NCBI GenBank assembly: GCA_963724765.1
Contig: CAVRVY010000004.1
Location: 1,600,001-1,664,000, forward strand
Reading direction: 5' to 3'
Source: an uncultured delta proteobacterium
GTDB taxonomy: Bacteria; Desulfobacterota; Binatia; Binatales; Binataceae
Length of the DNA stretch: 64,000 bases
Program-made: the position numbers and the translations under genes
The notes under the pieces: model-generated
The model's database searches: none
Seen by the model: the letters and a program-made list of their open reading frames with translations, nothing else
What the model was told of the DNA's origin: nothing
In this document: positions 38,555-47,697 of the stretch, one piece after another
Layout: each line of letters starts with the position of its first letter
Numbering within the stretch: the first letter of the stretch is position 1

Positions 38555-39946
38555 CTATCGTCCCTGACGGCGAATCGCGTCTAGGGTGCAGAACTGGTCG
38601 TATAATTTCGGGTTGTCGATGCTGGATACTAAACCGCCGGAGATTTCCGGGACTATTCCCATGCGCGACATCCGTCCGCTTTTCATATCATACATATGCA
38701 TGTTTAGATAACTGGCCCAGAAGCTGTCTGGCATCCCCGCGGGCCACTGCATTCCAGGCTTCTTCACCGCGTAATCATAAAACCACTCGGACTGGTGGAA
38801 CGGCTTGCCCTCTCGGTCATACGTGACAATCAGCGGCACGATGCCCGTGCGTGCATCGAACCAGCTGCGCTTCTTGCTATAGGGGCAGTTCAGATAGCCC
38901 ACCGGCTTCATCTCGACCACATAACCTTCGGGTACCAATTCCATAAAGGTTCGAAAGTACTTCTTGCCATTCTTTCCGCCGACCAGGGGCACCTCCCAGT
39001 TCGGGTATCCGAAATGACAGTTGCCGTGCGTGGCGGCCAAAAATGGTCCTTGACCAATGATTTTGAAGTCGCCCCAGGTATAAACAGGATCGCCCGCGCC
39101 GGCGGAGTCACTGGTGAACCACGCGGCGCCCGGCATGGCCGTCTCGAACCGTGAGCTATCGGGAACCGATCTAATTCGCTTCGTTTGTGGCGAGTACGCG
39201 TTCGCGGTCGGTAGCTTATGTTGGTCGTAGGCCCAGATTTCGAGCGACGCGCTTCCGTTCAGGTCCTGCGGAGCAGTCATAAACAGACTGTTTATTCGTA
39301 ACTCGGTCTCGTGGCCTGGCAGATAGGGTTTCGGGTCTAGCGTTATGCGTCCAACGGTTCTATACCCGACGAAGATGTAGTCGTAAGTATAGTTGACGTC
39401 GCCGTCCGCGGTGGTCTCCCACTCCCGGGAGGCATACGCCACACTGTCATAATACAATGTGGATGAAGTGAGCGCGTTCTGAAGTAGCAATTCTTGCGCC
39501 GTCTTTGCCTCTGGAAAGGGATCGCCGCCGATCCATGGTTTGCCTTCCTTGGTCCAGACGTTGCCGTCGGGGCCGATCTTATGAACCCCCTTGTTGCGCA
39601 CAGTCGCTTCCACGTACGAGGGAGCACAAAGTCTCGTCACGTCGGTCTCGGTCGCGATCAGATCTATGGTCCGTTTGTCGTATTTGACCTGCCAGTAGGC
39701 AACCTCATCGAGTATATCTTTGACCAGATCCACATTATCCGCATTAAGTACGTCGCTCGCCTTGAGCTTGCCCTTGGTGTAGGCCTCGATCGAAAGCAAC
39801 TCCTGCGGGTAAGCTGCCGCGCAGTCGCCGTTGCGACCAATGACGTCGAACAATGGCGCGAGCAGTCCCGCTGCCGCCACGCCCTTGGCGAGCTGCCCCA
39901 TGAAATGACGCCTAGTCCATCCCTCTCCGTACTTCATCACGCGCAT
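38555..39946 (-). CDS. DUF1329-type exported protein with a twin-arginine signal
   Basis: TRRHFM signal, WIGGDPFPE, YSPQTKRIR and YSKKRSWFDAR. Start at ATG 39946. Confidence 0.7.
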   Translation of the reverse strand: MRVMKYGEGWTRRHFMGQLAKGVAAAGLLAPLFDVIGRNGDCAAAYPQELLSIEAYTKGKLKASDVLNADNVDLVKDILDEVAYWQVKYDKRTIDLIATETDVTRLCAPSYVEATVRNKGVHKIGPDGNVWTKEGKPWIGGDPFPEAKTAQELLLQNALTSSTLYYDSVAYASREWETTADGDVNYTYDYIFVGYRTVGRITLDPKPYLPGHETELRINSLFMTAPQDLNGSASLEIWAYDQHKLPTANAYSPQTKRIRSVPDSSRFETAMPGAAWFTSDSAGAGDPVYTWGDFKIIGQGPFLAATHGNCHFGYPNWEVPLVGGKNGKKYFRTFMELVPEGYVVEMKPVGYLNCPYSKKRSWFDARTGIVPLIVTYDREGKPFHQSEWFYDYAVKKPGMQWPAGMPDSFWASYLNMHMYDMKSGRMSRMGIVPEISGGLVSSIDNPKLYDQFCTLDAIRRQGR

Positions 39947-40471
39947 TCGGTTTAGCTTCTCCCGCGAATTTAATCGCTTCAGACTGCGCCGGGCAGCCGC
40001 GATCCATACGACGGCGGCCCGGCGAATTTGAACCAGCCTATATGTTCGTTGACTCCCGTGACTCAGACCAGCGGATTTCTGCCCGCCGATTGGCATGGTG
40101 GCGATAAATCGCCGCCATCGAGGGTCGCGGCTCACTCGGTCCTGGTTATCGGTGCAAGGATGCCCCTGTGAGCGGTCGACCACTAACAAGTTTTGCCAAA
40201 AGCGTCAACCAAGGACGGCGCCTAGCCCCGCTTGACGTGATCTGAATCGAAGGAGAAGGGGAATACCTTCAAACCTGAGCAGCGCTCACTTTGCATTCGG
40301 AATCGAGTTGCTGCAGGTCTTTCTGACTCAGCCACCGCCAAGGCTGGTAAGCGGGATTACCACCGTTTCGAACAAAGTGATCGCCAGTGGCGAAAAACTC
40401 CCTCGCTCGATACGGCGACAGGTTCTGCCGAACGGACCAAACCGGCACCGGGTGTGGCGCTTCGGACGAAC

Positions 40472-41299
40472 CTAAATGGAACGGCAGACGATCTCGGCTG
40501 GCGCGATCAGGCCCCGTTCGAGGTTCCCGATCATGTTTGCGATTTTCCGGGGCGCGTCCACACCCATGAGGATGTGCAGGCCGACAGGAGGCCGACCGCT
40601 CTGTGCGGCCTGGTCGCGTATTCGCTGGAAGAACGCGCTCGCGAAATCCCGGCGGCTGCGCTCCTTCGAAATCTCGAAACCCGCGGCCGCGAGCAGGTGA
40701 CGGTAGTCGGCGGCGGTTGCGACAAAGCTGGTTTCGGCGCTCGACGCCCACGGCACGGGATAGGTTAACGCACCGTCGCGCTCGCGCATCACATCGTAGA
40801 TACCGAACACGCCTCCCGGGGCCAGGACTCTGCGGAGCTCGGCGAACAGCCGGGCTTTGTCCTCGATGTTCATGCCGACATGAATCATGTACGCGCCGTC
40901 GAACGCTCCGGACGCGAAGGGGAGCGAAAGTGCGCTGCCGTGTTTGTACGAGACAGACGCGCGAAGACAGACTCGCCGCGCCAGCGCCTCGGCGACCGCG
41001 ACATATTCTTCCGTCAGGTCGACGCCCGTGACCCGACATCCGTGGTTCTGCGCGAAATAGCGCGACGCGCCGCCAAGACCGGAACCGATGTCGAGTAGGC
41101 GCATGCCGGGCCGCGCGTCCAACTGCTCAGCGAAATCGATCGTCGCCTGCCGTCCGCCGATATGAAACTCGTCGACTGGGGCGAGATCGGAGGGGTTGAG
41201 ACGATCGAGATCCTTGCCTGCGGCGGACAGCGCGTCGAGGATCGTCCGCTCGAGCGACCCGTGGGTGTAGTGCTGCGCAACGCTTTGTTCGACGCTCAT
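40472..41299 (-). CDS. Class I SAM-dependent methyltransferase (sarcosine/dimethylglycine N-methyltransferase-like)
   Basis: Motifs DEFHIGG, LDIGSGLGG and HVGMNIEDK. Confidence 0.88.
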   Translation of the reverse strand: MSVEQSVAQHYTHGSLERTILDALSAAGKDLDRLNPSDLAPVDEFHIGGRQATIDFAEQLDARPGMRLLDIGSGLGGASRYFAQNHGCRVTGVDLTEEYVAVAEALARRVCLRASVSYKHGSALSLPFASGAFDGAYMIHVGMNIEDKARLFAELRRVLAPGGVFGIYDVMRERDGALTYPVPWASSAETSFVATAADYRHLLAAAGFEISKERSRRDFASAFFQRIRDQAAQSGRPPVGLHILMGVDAPRKIANMIGNLERGLIAPAEIVCRSI

Positions 41300-41428
41300 C
41301 GCTGTACCTCTTCCTACGTTGACACTCCGTCCTTGCGGGGTTCAAGAGTGCCTGAAACACTTCTCCTCGGTTGGACTGACGCCAGGATATCGGATGCTAG
41401 GTAATTGTTGCCGCAGTTGATGGGCCCT

Positions 41429-42322
41429 TCATCTGTGGAGCGTGGCAGCTCCTACGTGGATGAGGACTTCGGTAACGCCTCCGACTTGATCGCGAATCCG
41501 ACGCTCGACTTCCTCGGCAAGCCGGTGGCTTTGAGCGACCGTCATGTCGGGATCGACGGTGATATGGAGGTCGACCCTCACCATTCCTCCGATCCCCCGA
41601 CTACGTACCTGGTGGCAACCGTTCACTCCGGCCACGCTACACGCCACTTTGGCGATTTCTTCTATGTCCCCGACCGCGGCATCCGCGAGAACGCGCGAAG
41701 CGCCCCGGACAATCCGCGACGCTGTCCAAGCAATGATTGCCGCGACGATCACCGAAACCACCGGATCGACGACGGGAAATCCCAATCGCACGCCCACCAA
41801 GCCGGCGAGCACCGCACCCGAAACGAGTGTATCGCTGCGGATTCGCGCAGCGTCGGCTTGCAGCAGGGTGCTGGCCAATGCCCGGGCGGATCGGCCTTCC
41901 CAGATAGCCAGCCCGACCGTAACAAGGATAGAGGTAACTACTATCGCGAAGCTAAGCCCGGTGACCCGGGGCACCTCGTGAGAGTGGAAACGCGTCCACG
42001 CATCATCCAAGATTCCCCACACCGCTGCCAGCATAAGAACGGCGATGCCCATCGCTGCAAGCAGTTCATATCGCTCATAACCGTAGGGATGTGACGCATC
42101 AGCGGGTCGAGCCGCGAGATGGATACCGGCCAATCCGACAATTCCGCCAGCGGCGTGAAGAGTGGAATGAAGTCCATCGGAAATCATTCCGATGCTGCCG
42201 GTAAAGTACCCATAGCCCCCTTTTGCGAGCGCCATCAGCAGGTCCAGCATAAGGACGACAATGAGAACACGGCGGATGCTCTTGTGCCTTCGCGCCTGAG
42301 GTAAGTTTACCGCTACAACCAT
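41429..42322 (-). CDS. Cation diffusion facilitator (FieF-like) transporter
   Basis: Motifs SDGLHS, HPYGYERYE, LQADA and C-terminal VDLHITVD...LIHV. Confidence 0.88.
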   Translation of the reverse strand: MVVAVNLPQARRHKSIRRVLIVVLMLDLLMALAKGGYGYFTGSIGMISDGLHSTLHAAGGIVGLAGIHLAARPADASHPYGYERYELLAAMGIAVLMLAAVWGILDDAWTRFHSHEVPRVTGLSFAIVVTSILVTVGLAIWEGRSARALASTLLQADAARIRSDTLVSGAVLAGLVGVRLGFPVVDPVVSVIVAAIIAWTASRIVRGASRVLADAAVGDIEEIAKVACSVAGVNGCHQVRSRGIGGMVRVDLHITVDPDMTVAQSHRLAEEVERRIRDQVGGVTEVLIHVGAATLHR

Positions 42323-42342
42323 GACGCCAGTCGTCAATAAGA

Positions 42343-43074
42343 TTACGCTTTCTTGGTGGCCTGCATCGCGATAAACGCCGCCCCGAAGGTCGTGACACCG
42401 CCCAAGAGTGGGTCGAGTGGCTTCATTGCGCGTGCGGCCAGATGGCAGTACGGGTAATAGACCGACCCACGGAGCCGATCTACGTGGAAGCCGGCGACGA
42501 TCGCGGCCGTGCGCAGTTCGTGCGCGGTCGTGAAACGCGCGTGTCTCCAGAATTCGTTGCCCAACCAAGCCCGAATCCGTCGGGAAGCCGCCCACGTGCT
42601 CCATCTACCCAGCCCGCCTATGACAAGGCGGCCGCCGGGTTTGAGTACGCGGGCCATTTCCTCCACAGCACGGGATCTCTGTTCCACAAAGCAAAGAACC
42701 GTTACCGCCGTCACCACATCAAAGCTTCGATCGCGGAACGGAAGATGCTCGGCGCGGCTGAGTAAATAGCTCATTCCATCCCGCTCCGCTATTGTCCGCG
42801 CGGTCGCCTTCGCGATCATGTCCGGGTCAGGGTCGCAGCCAACGACGAATGATGCACCCCTGCGGTGGAATTCGGCCGCCAGCGCCCCGTCCCCGCAACC
42901 GACATCCAACACGGACTTGCCGAATAGAGACCCGGCCAGATCCAGAACCAGTTCATGTTCCAGTGACTCGGTGATAGCGCCGAGTGTGGACGCACGCCAC
43001 TCGGCATAGATGTCGGGACCAACTTCGCCAGCTCTATTCGAGGTACGCGTTTTGGCCAAGGCGTCTGCTGCCAC
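42343..43074 (-). CDS. Class I SAM-dependent methyltransferase
   Basis: Motifs LDVGCGDG, AEHLPFRDRSFDVV and RVLKPGG. Confidence 0.88.
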   Translation of the reverse strand: MAADALAKTRTSNRAGEVGPDIYAEWRASTLGAITESLEHELVLDLAGSLFGKSVLDVGCGDGALAAEFHRRGASFVVGCDPDPDMIAKATARTIAERDGMSYLLSRAEHLPFRDRSFDVVTAVTVLCFVEQRSRAVEEMARVLKPGGRLVIGGLGRWSTWAASRRIRAWLGNEFWRHARFTTAHELRTAAIVAGFHVDRLRGSVYYPYCHLAARAMKPLDPLLGGVTTFGAAFIAMQATKKA

Positions 43075-43081
43075 TGAGGGA

Positions 43082-43331
43082 TCAGCTCGAGACCGGGCAG
43101 GCGTTGGAAATCGTAATGGTCATGACCACTTGGCCAGTAGTTGCAGCCTTGGCGAACGCCTCGGCTAGTGCGGCGAACATGATGCCGCTTGCCCCTGTTA
43201 CAGTGGTGCTCATTGGCCCGACTTGCGGAGTCAGTCCATGTTCCTCAAGGGCACTACGCACGGACTCGACGGTCGGCCCGAGGTGCTCTTGCCGTTAGTG
43301 GATAGACACTGATTTGTGCGCTTGTTGTCAT
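43082..43331 (-). pseudogene. YkoF/thiamine-binding-domain small protein with a +1 frameshift near 43295 (not in the ORF track)
   Basis: Repaired translation MTTSAQISVYPL-RQEHLGPTVESVRSALEEHGLTPQVGPMSTTVTG...VVMTITISNACPVSS*. RBS AAGGAG. Span is 250 nt (83 codons + 1). Confidence 0.75.
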
Positions 43332-43461
43332 GTATTGGAGTCTCCTTGTCGGGTAGGCCCTCGCGCGGAAAATTGATTCGTGCCGCGAAGGCCCGGCGGA
43401 CGATGATTCTGAAGCATTATTTTTGCGCGTACCGGGCTCATCCCAGAGAGTCGGAAAGCCG

Positions 43462-44214
43462 TCATGATTTGGCCAGGCTCAGAAAGAACAGGCCGCCGGC
43501 GATGGCTACGATGACGGGGCCGGAAGGACGGTGCGTCAAAGCAGCTATCCAACTGCCCAAGAGCGTGGAGGCGAGCGCAGTTCCGATCGCAATCGCGAAC
43601 ATGCCGTCGATACTTCGGGCCAGACGCTTCGCAACTGTCGCGGGGATGATGATGAGCGAGCCCATGAGCAGCACCCCGAGATAACGCATTCCTAGCGCAA
43701 CAGTCACCGCAAAGGCGACCAGAAACGATAATTGCAGGCTCTTGACGCCGATGCCCGAAGCGATCGCGACCTCAGTCGAGACCAGCGATACGAGCAGGCG
43801 ATCTCGTGCCTGGAGAATAAACGCGATCACCGAAAGGGCGGCGCCCAGCGCGAATACCGTTTCCGCGGTCGTCATGCTGCCCGGCGCCCCGAACAAGGCG
43901 TCGATAAGTTCTTCGCCCGTGGCAGTGAGGCTGCCGATCGCAAGCGCAACGGAAAACACGACTCCCGTGATCGCTTCGGTCGACAGTTTTGTCTTGCCCT
44001 CGATTGCCCAAATCAGCACGCTGCCCGCCAGCAGCGCGACCAGCGCACCGATCAACGGGTTGAGTCTGAACATGAGAGCGAGACCGATTCCCGGCAAAGC
44101 GACGTGCGAGAAGGCATCGGCGGCCAGCGTCATCCTCCGCATCACCGCGAAGCAGCCCACCAGCCCGGCCGCAATCGCCATTGCGCCGCACACGATTAGC
44201 GCCTTAACGTCCAT
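43462..44214 (-). CDS. Metal ABC transporter permease (ZnuB/MntB-like)
   Basis: Motifs RRMTLAADAFSHVALPG and GVLLMGSLIIIP. Confidence 0.9.
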   Translation of the reverse strand: MDVKALIVCGAMAIAAGLVGCFAVMRRMTLAADAFSHVALPGIGLALMFRLNPLIGALVALLAGSVLIWAIEGKTKLSTEAITGVVFSVALAIGSLTATGEELIDALFGAPGSMTTAETVFALGAALSVIAFILQARDRLLVSLVSTEVAIASGIGVKSLQLSFLVAFAVTVALGMRYLGVLLMGSLIIIPATVAKRLARSIDGMFAIAIGTALASTLLGSWIAALTHRPSGPVIVAIAGGLFFLSLAKS

Positions 44215-44962
44215 GGTCGTCGTGAAGGTGGAAACTGATGGGCCTACCGTAGATTTCCAATAACCGCTCGGGCGTGAGGACCACCTGCGGCGGCCCTAGA
44301 CAGCTGCGTTCTCGAGCGAGGCACAAAACGCTGGAGGCGTAACGGTACACGACGCTCAGGTCATGTGAGATGAGAAAGGTCGTAACACCCTCGTCTTGCT
44401 GGAGTCGGCGGATGGCTTCACTGAGCGCTTGTTGGCCGGGAGCATCAACGCCTGCGGCCGGCTCGTCGAGAAGAAGCACATTGGGCGTGCCGATCAAGGC
44501 AAACGCGACCAACAGGCGCTGAAACTGCCCTCCTGACATGCTTCCGATCGGTTGAACCAACATCTCTTCCCGCAGATCCACGCGCTCCAGGGCGTGAAGT
44601 GCGTCTTCCTTTCGCGCTCGCGCGATCGTCAGCTTGGCGCGCAGCAGGTCTCTTCCGGTTATCGGGAGATCCCGCTCGATATCGAGTTTCTGCGGCACGT
44701 AGCCGAACCGTGTTCCCGGAGCCCAGCGAATCGTTCCTTCGTACGCTATCGCGCCGATGAGCGCGCGGAACAGCACCGTTTTGCCGCAGCCGTTCGGACC
44801 AATGACCGCAAGAGAAGCCCCACGGGCGACGGTGAAACTGAGGTCCGCGAGGATCACCGTGTGGTCGAAACGGACGGTTAGGCGATTCACCTCGAGGACT
44901 GAATCGCCAAAGGCCGCCTCTTGGTCGGGCATCGGGAGCTCTGGAATCTCAGTCGGCATCAA
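44204..44962 (-). CDS. Metal ABC transporter ATPase (ZnuC-like)
   Basis: Motifs GPNGCGKT, YVPQK, MSGGQFQR, LLLDEP and SHDL. Confidence 0.92.
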   Translation of the reverse strand: MMPTEIPELPMPDQEAAFGDSVLEVNRLTVRFDHTVILADLSFTVARGASLAVIGPNGCGKTVLFRALIGAIAYEGTIRWAPGTRFGYVPQKLDIERDLPITGRDLLRAKLTIARARKEDALHALERVDLREEMLVQPIGSMSGGQFQRLLVAFALIGTPNVLLLDEPAAGVDAPGQQALSEAIRRLQQDEGVTTFLISHDLSVVYRYASSVLCLARERSCLGPPQVVLTPERLLEIYGRPISFHLHDDHGR

Positions 44963-45195
44963 ATTCAGTCCGACGATGGTAGCGGTTTCGCTTCCTTGAT
45001 CTTCATCGGCGAGTTACCGGATAGTTCCTGCATCCCGTGCCACTCCAGATGAGCGAACTCCGACTCCGCATGGGTTCCTCGCATGGAATTTAGGACCGCT
45101 CAATACTTGAACCCTGCTCTCCGCGTGCACAGACAGGAACCGACGATGGAGACTAATCTTCGATTCGTTGGAGTTCATGTCTACGCCGGGAAACT

Positions 45196-45943
45196 TTACC
45201 CATGCGCGACGGGTTCGAATTCGAGAAAGTCTTGATACGGGAGAAATTTGTGTTTGCGCACCATGTCGTACCCGGCTTTGCTGAATTGGTCTATCATTTG
45301 TTCGCGCGAAATTTTCATCCGCTTCGGGGGGCCCTCCCGGTGCGTCCTTCTTGAAATCGACTACTGCGATGCGGCCTCCGGGCTTGAGTGCCGGAGCAAG
45401 CTTGCGCAGATAGGCGACCCGGTCATCGACATGATGAAGTGTGTCGCAGAAAAAGATGACGTCGGCTGAGTTCGGAGAAAGTTCCGGGTCATCCGCCTTA
45501 ACCACCCGCGCATGATAGTTTTGAAGGCCGAGTTTCTTGGCGTCTGCCTTCATGTAGTCGACCATCCCCGGTTCGACATCGAGTCCGATAACGGCGCCTG
45601 AGGGGCCGACGGCCTTGGCGAACCTGCGCGTAAAATAGCCGGTCCCGGCGCCTATATCGATCACCGTCTGGCCGGGTTTCAGGTCGAGCGCCCGCACTAC
45701 CTCGTCGGGCTTTTGCCATTTGGCGCGATCCGCCGATTCAAATACGCCTGCCCAATGCGCCACATCGCCAAAGCCATGGTGCGCCGTGGGCGCGTGCTCC
45801 TGGGCCAGTGGGGCGTGCGCAAGCAGAAGGACCGCCATCAGCGTGATAACAAATGAAACGGACTTCGCCACTCGAACGGCGATAGATAGGCTGGGCCGTT
45901 TCGGCGGCAACGGACAGAGGTTGATCTTTATCTCGACTATCAT
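45196..45943 (-). pseudogene. SAM-methyltransferase-fold protein with an apparent signal peptide; +1 frameshift near 45337
   Basis: Hydrophobic LMAVLLLAHAPLAQ, WQKPDEV and DIGAGTGYF. Repaired C-terminus EGPPKRMKISREQ...FLPYQDFLEFEPVAHG* ends at 45196. Confidence 0.78.
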
Positions 45944-46584
45944 GCGGCGCGCGCAACGAAAGAGTAGTGATATTTGAACATACGCTCACCGTCGATCCGC
46001 AAACCCATCTGCTCCATTCGCTCACGCGCTTCCGCGGCGCTATAAACATGGTCCCGCGGAGGACCTACCGGCCGTTCGACTCCTGCGTTCCAGTCAACTA
46101 CAAGCACGGTTCCGCTCGGCTTGAGCAGGCCAGCCATCGCACGTAGCGCCTCATCGCCAACCTCGTGCAGGACGTTGAGCGCGAGGACGCGATCGGCCGT
46201 TCCATTGAGCTTCGTGATTTCATCGGTGTGAACCGCGCGGAGATTTGAGAGCTTTCGTGCTGCAGGCTTCGCACGGAGCAGAGCGAGCATCTCCTGCTGT
46301 TCGTCAAGTGCAATCACCTCCAGGTCGGGCCGCGATCGTGCGAGCTCGATCGCGTAGGTCCCGGTGCCGGTGCCGAAATCCACGACACGGCCGCCGGCCG
46401 GCGCCGCCAGCATCTCGAAGACCTCTTCCGGCGGTAGGTGCCCGAAGCGCGACGGGTCGTCGAGCAGCGCCGCCCGAGCCGGGTCGAAGCGCTCGGGCTG
46501 ACGGGCGCCATGCCGATCGTCATCGCCATGTGCCCCGTGGTGATGTCCGGCGTGACGATGCGGGTCGTAACGGTTCTTTTCCAT
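45940..46584 (-). CDS. Class I SAM-dependent methyltransferase with a His-rich N-terminus
   Basis: HRHAGHHHGAHGDDDRHG, VDFGTGTG, NVLHEV and GPP. RBS GGAGG before ATG 46584. ATGA overlap with the next gene. Confidence 0.85.
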   Translation of the reverse strand: MEKNRYDPHRHAGHHHGAHGDDDRHGARQPERFDPARAALLDDPSRFGHLPPEEVFEMLAAPAGGRVVDFGTGTGTYAIELARSRPDLEVIALDEQQEMLALLRAKPAARKLSNLRAVHTDEITKLNGTADRVLALNVLHEVGDEALRAMAGLLKPSGTVLVVDWNAGVERPVGPPRDHVYSAAEARERMEQMGLRIDGERMFKYHYSFVARAA

Positions 46585-46884
46585 GAGGAATCCTCCGCGC
46601 AGGATAATCGCAACTTGCCGTGGGCTGCTGATCAAAGATAGGGCCGCGCCGACTTCGACGGCAAGGGTTCTATTGAGATCTCTACCTTCTACTGGCATCT
46701 AGTTCCATGCGGGACCGATGCCCGTGGTTGCGTCGAGCAAGATCACACCTTCGCGAGCGCGAAGAGCCGGCACTCACCGGAAGCGGTGGGACACACTCTT
46801 AGTGAGCTTCCATGTTGCAGCGCGTGAGCGAAAAAGAGATTGATTAGACGAAAGGACCGCGCGCGCGAGCATAGTGACGTTGGT

Positions 46885-47559
46885 ATGAAACCCGAACCGG
46901 ATGACAAAGCCGCACCGCGGGAGACACGCTTTCTCGTATATAGCTCGCGACTGATACGGGGCCTTCTTACACTCGGATTTGTGAACGTCCTGCTGATTGT
47001 CGCCGCCGCGCGAATGGCCTATTTCCCGACGGATCTGTTCCTCGCTCGTGTCTTGCAGTCCCTGGCGTTTCTTCCTTTAAGCTGGGCTAGTTGGATAACG
47101 GCGACTGCTGATAAGCCGTGGTGCTTCGCCCTACTCGTTCTGGTCGTGGTGGCTGCATGGCTGCTCTGCGGATGGCGGGCGGCCTTGGTCGCCCTTCCGG
47201 TGTTTTTCGGGCTCTGGCTCTTCGGTATCTGGTTGAGTCCCCTGATTGCGCAACCCCGGCCCTCGCCTGAACTCATTCAGGTTGTTGGTCATCCAAAGGG
47301 ATACGCTTTTCCATCGATATTCGGCCTGGTCTATGTAGCGACGTTCGGATATCTCGGGCTATTGGTTGGAACGCAATGTCGCGGCACTTTGCGGGTTCTC
47401 ATCCCGCTGGTAGCGGTATCGGTTCTTCTGATTGGGGCGTGTGCGCGGATCGTTTTGGGCGCTCACTGGCCAAGCGACTTGTGGGTCGCCTATCTCATCG
47501 GCCTGTTATGGATCTCCGCGCTTCTCCCGTTCTCTCGGCGGGAATCTGGACAGAGGTGA
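46885..47559 (+). CDS. PAP2-family membrane phosphatase
   Basis: Motifs QPRP, YAFPS and ARIVLGAHWPSD. Confidence 0.8.
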   Translation: MKPEPDDKAAPRETRFLVYSSRLIRGLLTLGFVNVLLIVAAARMAYFPTDLFLARVLQSLAFLPLSWASWITATADKPWCFALLVLVVVAAWLLCGWRAALVALPVFFGLWLFGIWLSPLIAQPRPSPELIQVVGHPKGYAFPSIFGLVYVATFGYLGLLVGTQCRGTLRVLIPLVAVSVLLIGACARIVLGAHWPSDLWVAYLIGLLWISALLPFSRRESGQR

Positions 47560-47697
47560 TGAATGCGAGCCGCGCCTCGGCCGCTGTCAAGCGTCGAACC
47601 TCCGGAGTTTGGCTGCCGCCATGTTCAAGGTCCAAGCTTGGTCGAGGACGTTCGTTGTGCCGAAAGCAAAGGCTAGTCAATCCCTGGGGGTGTCTGA

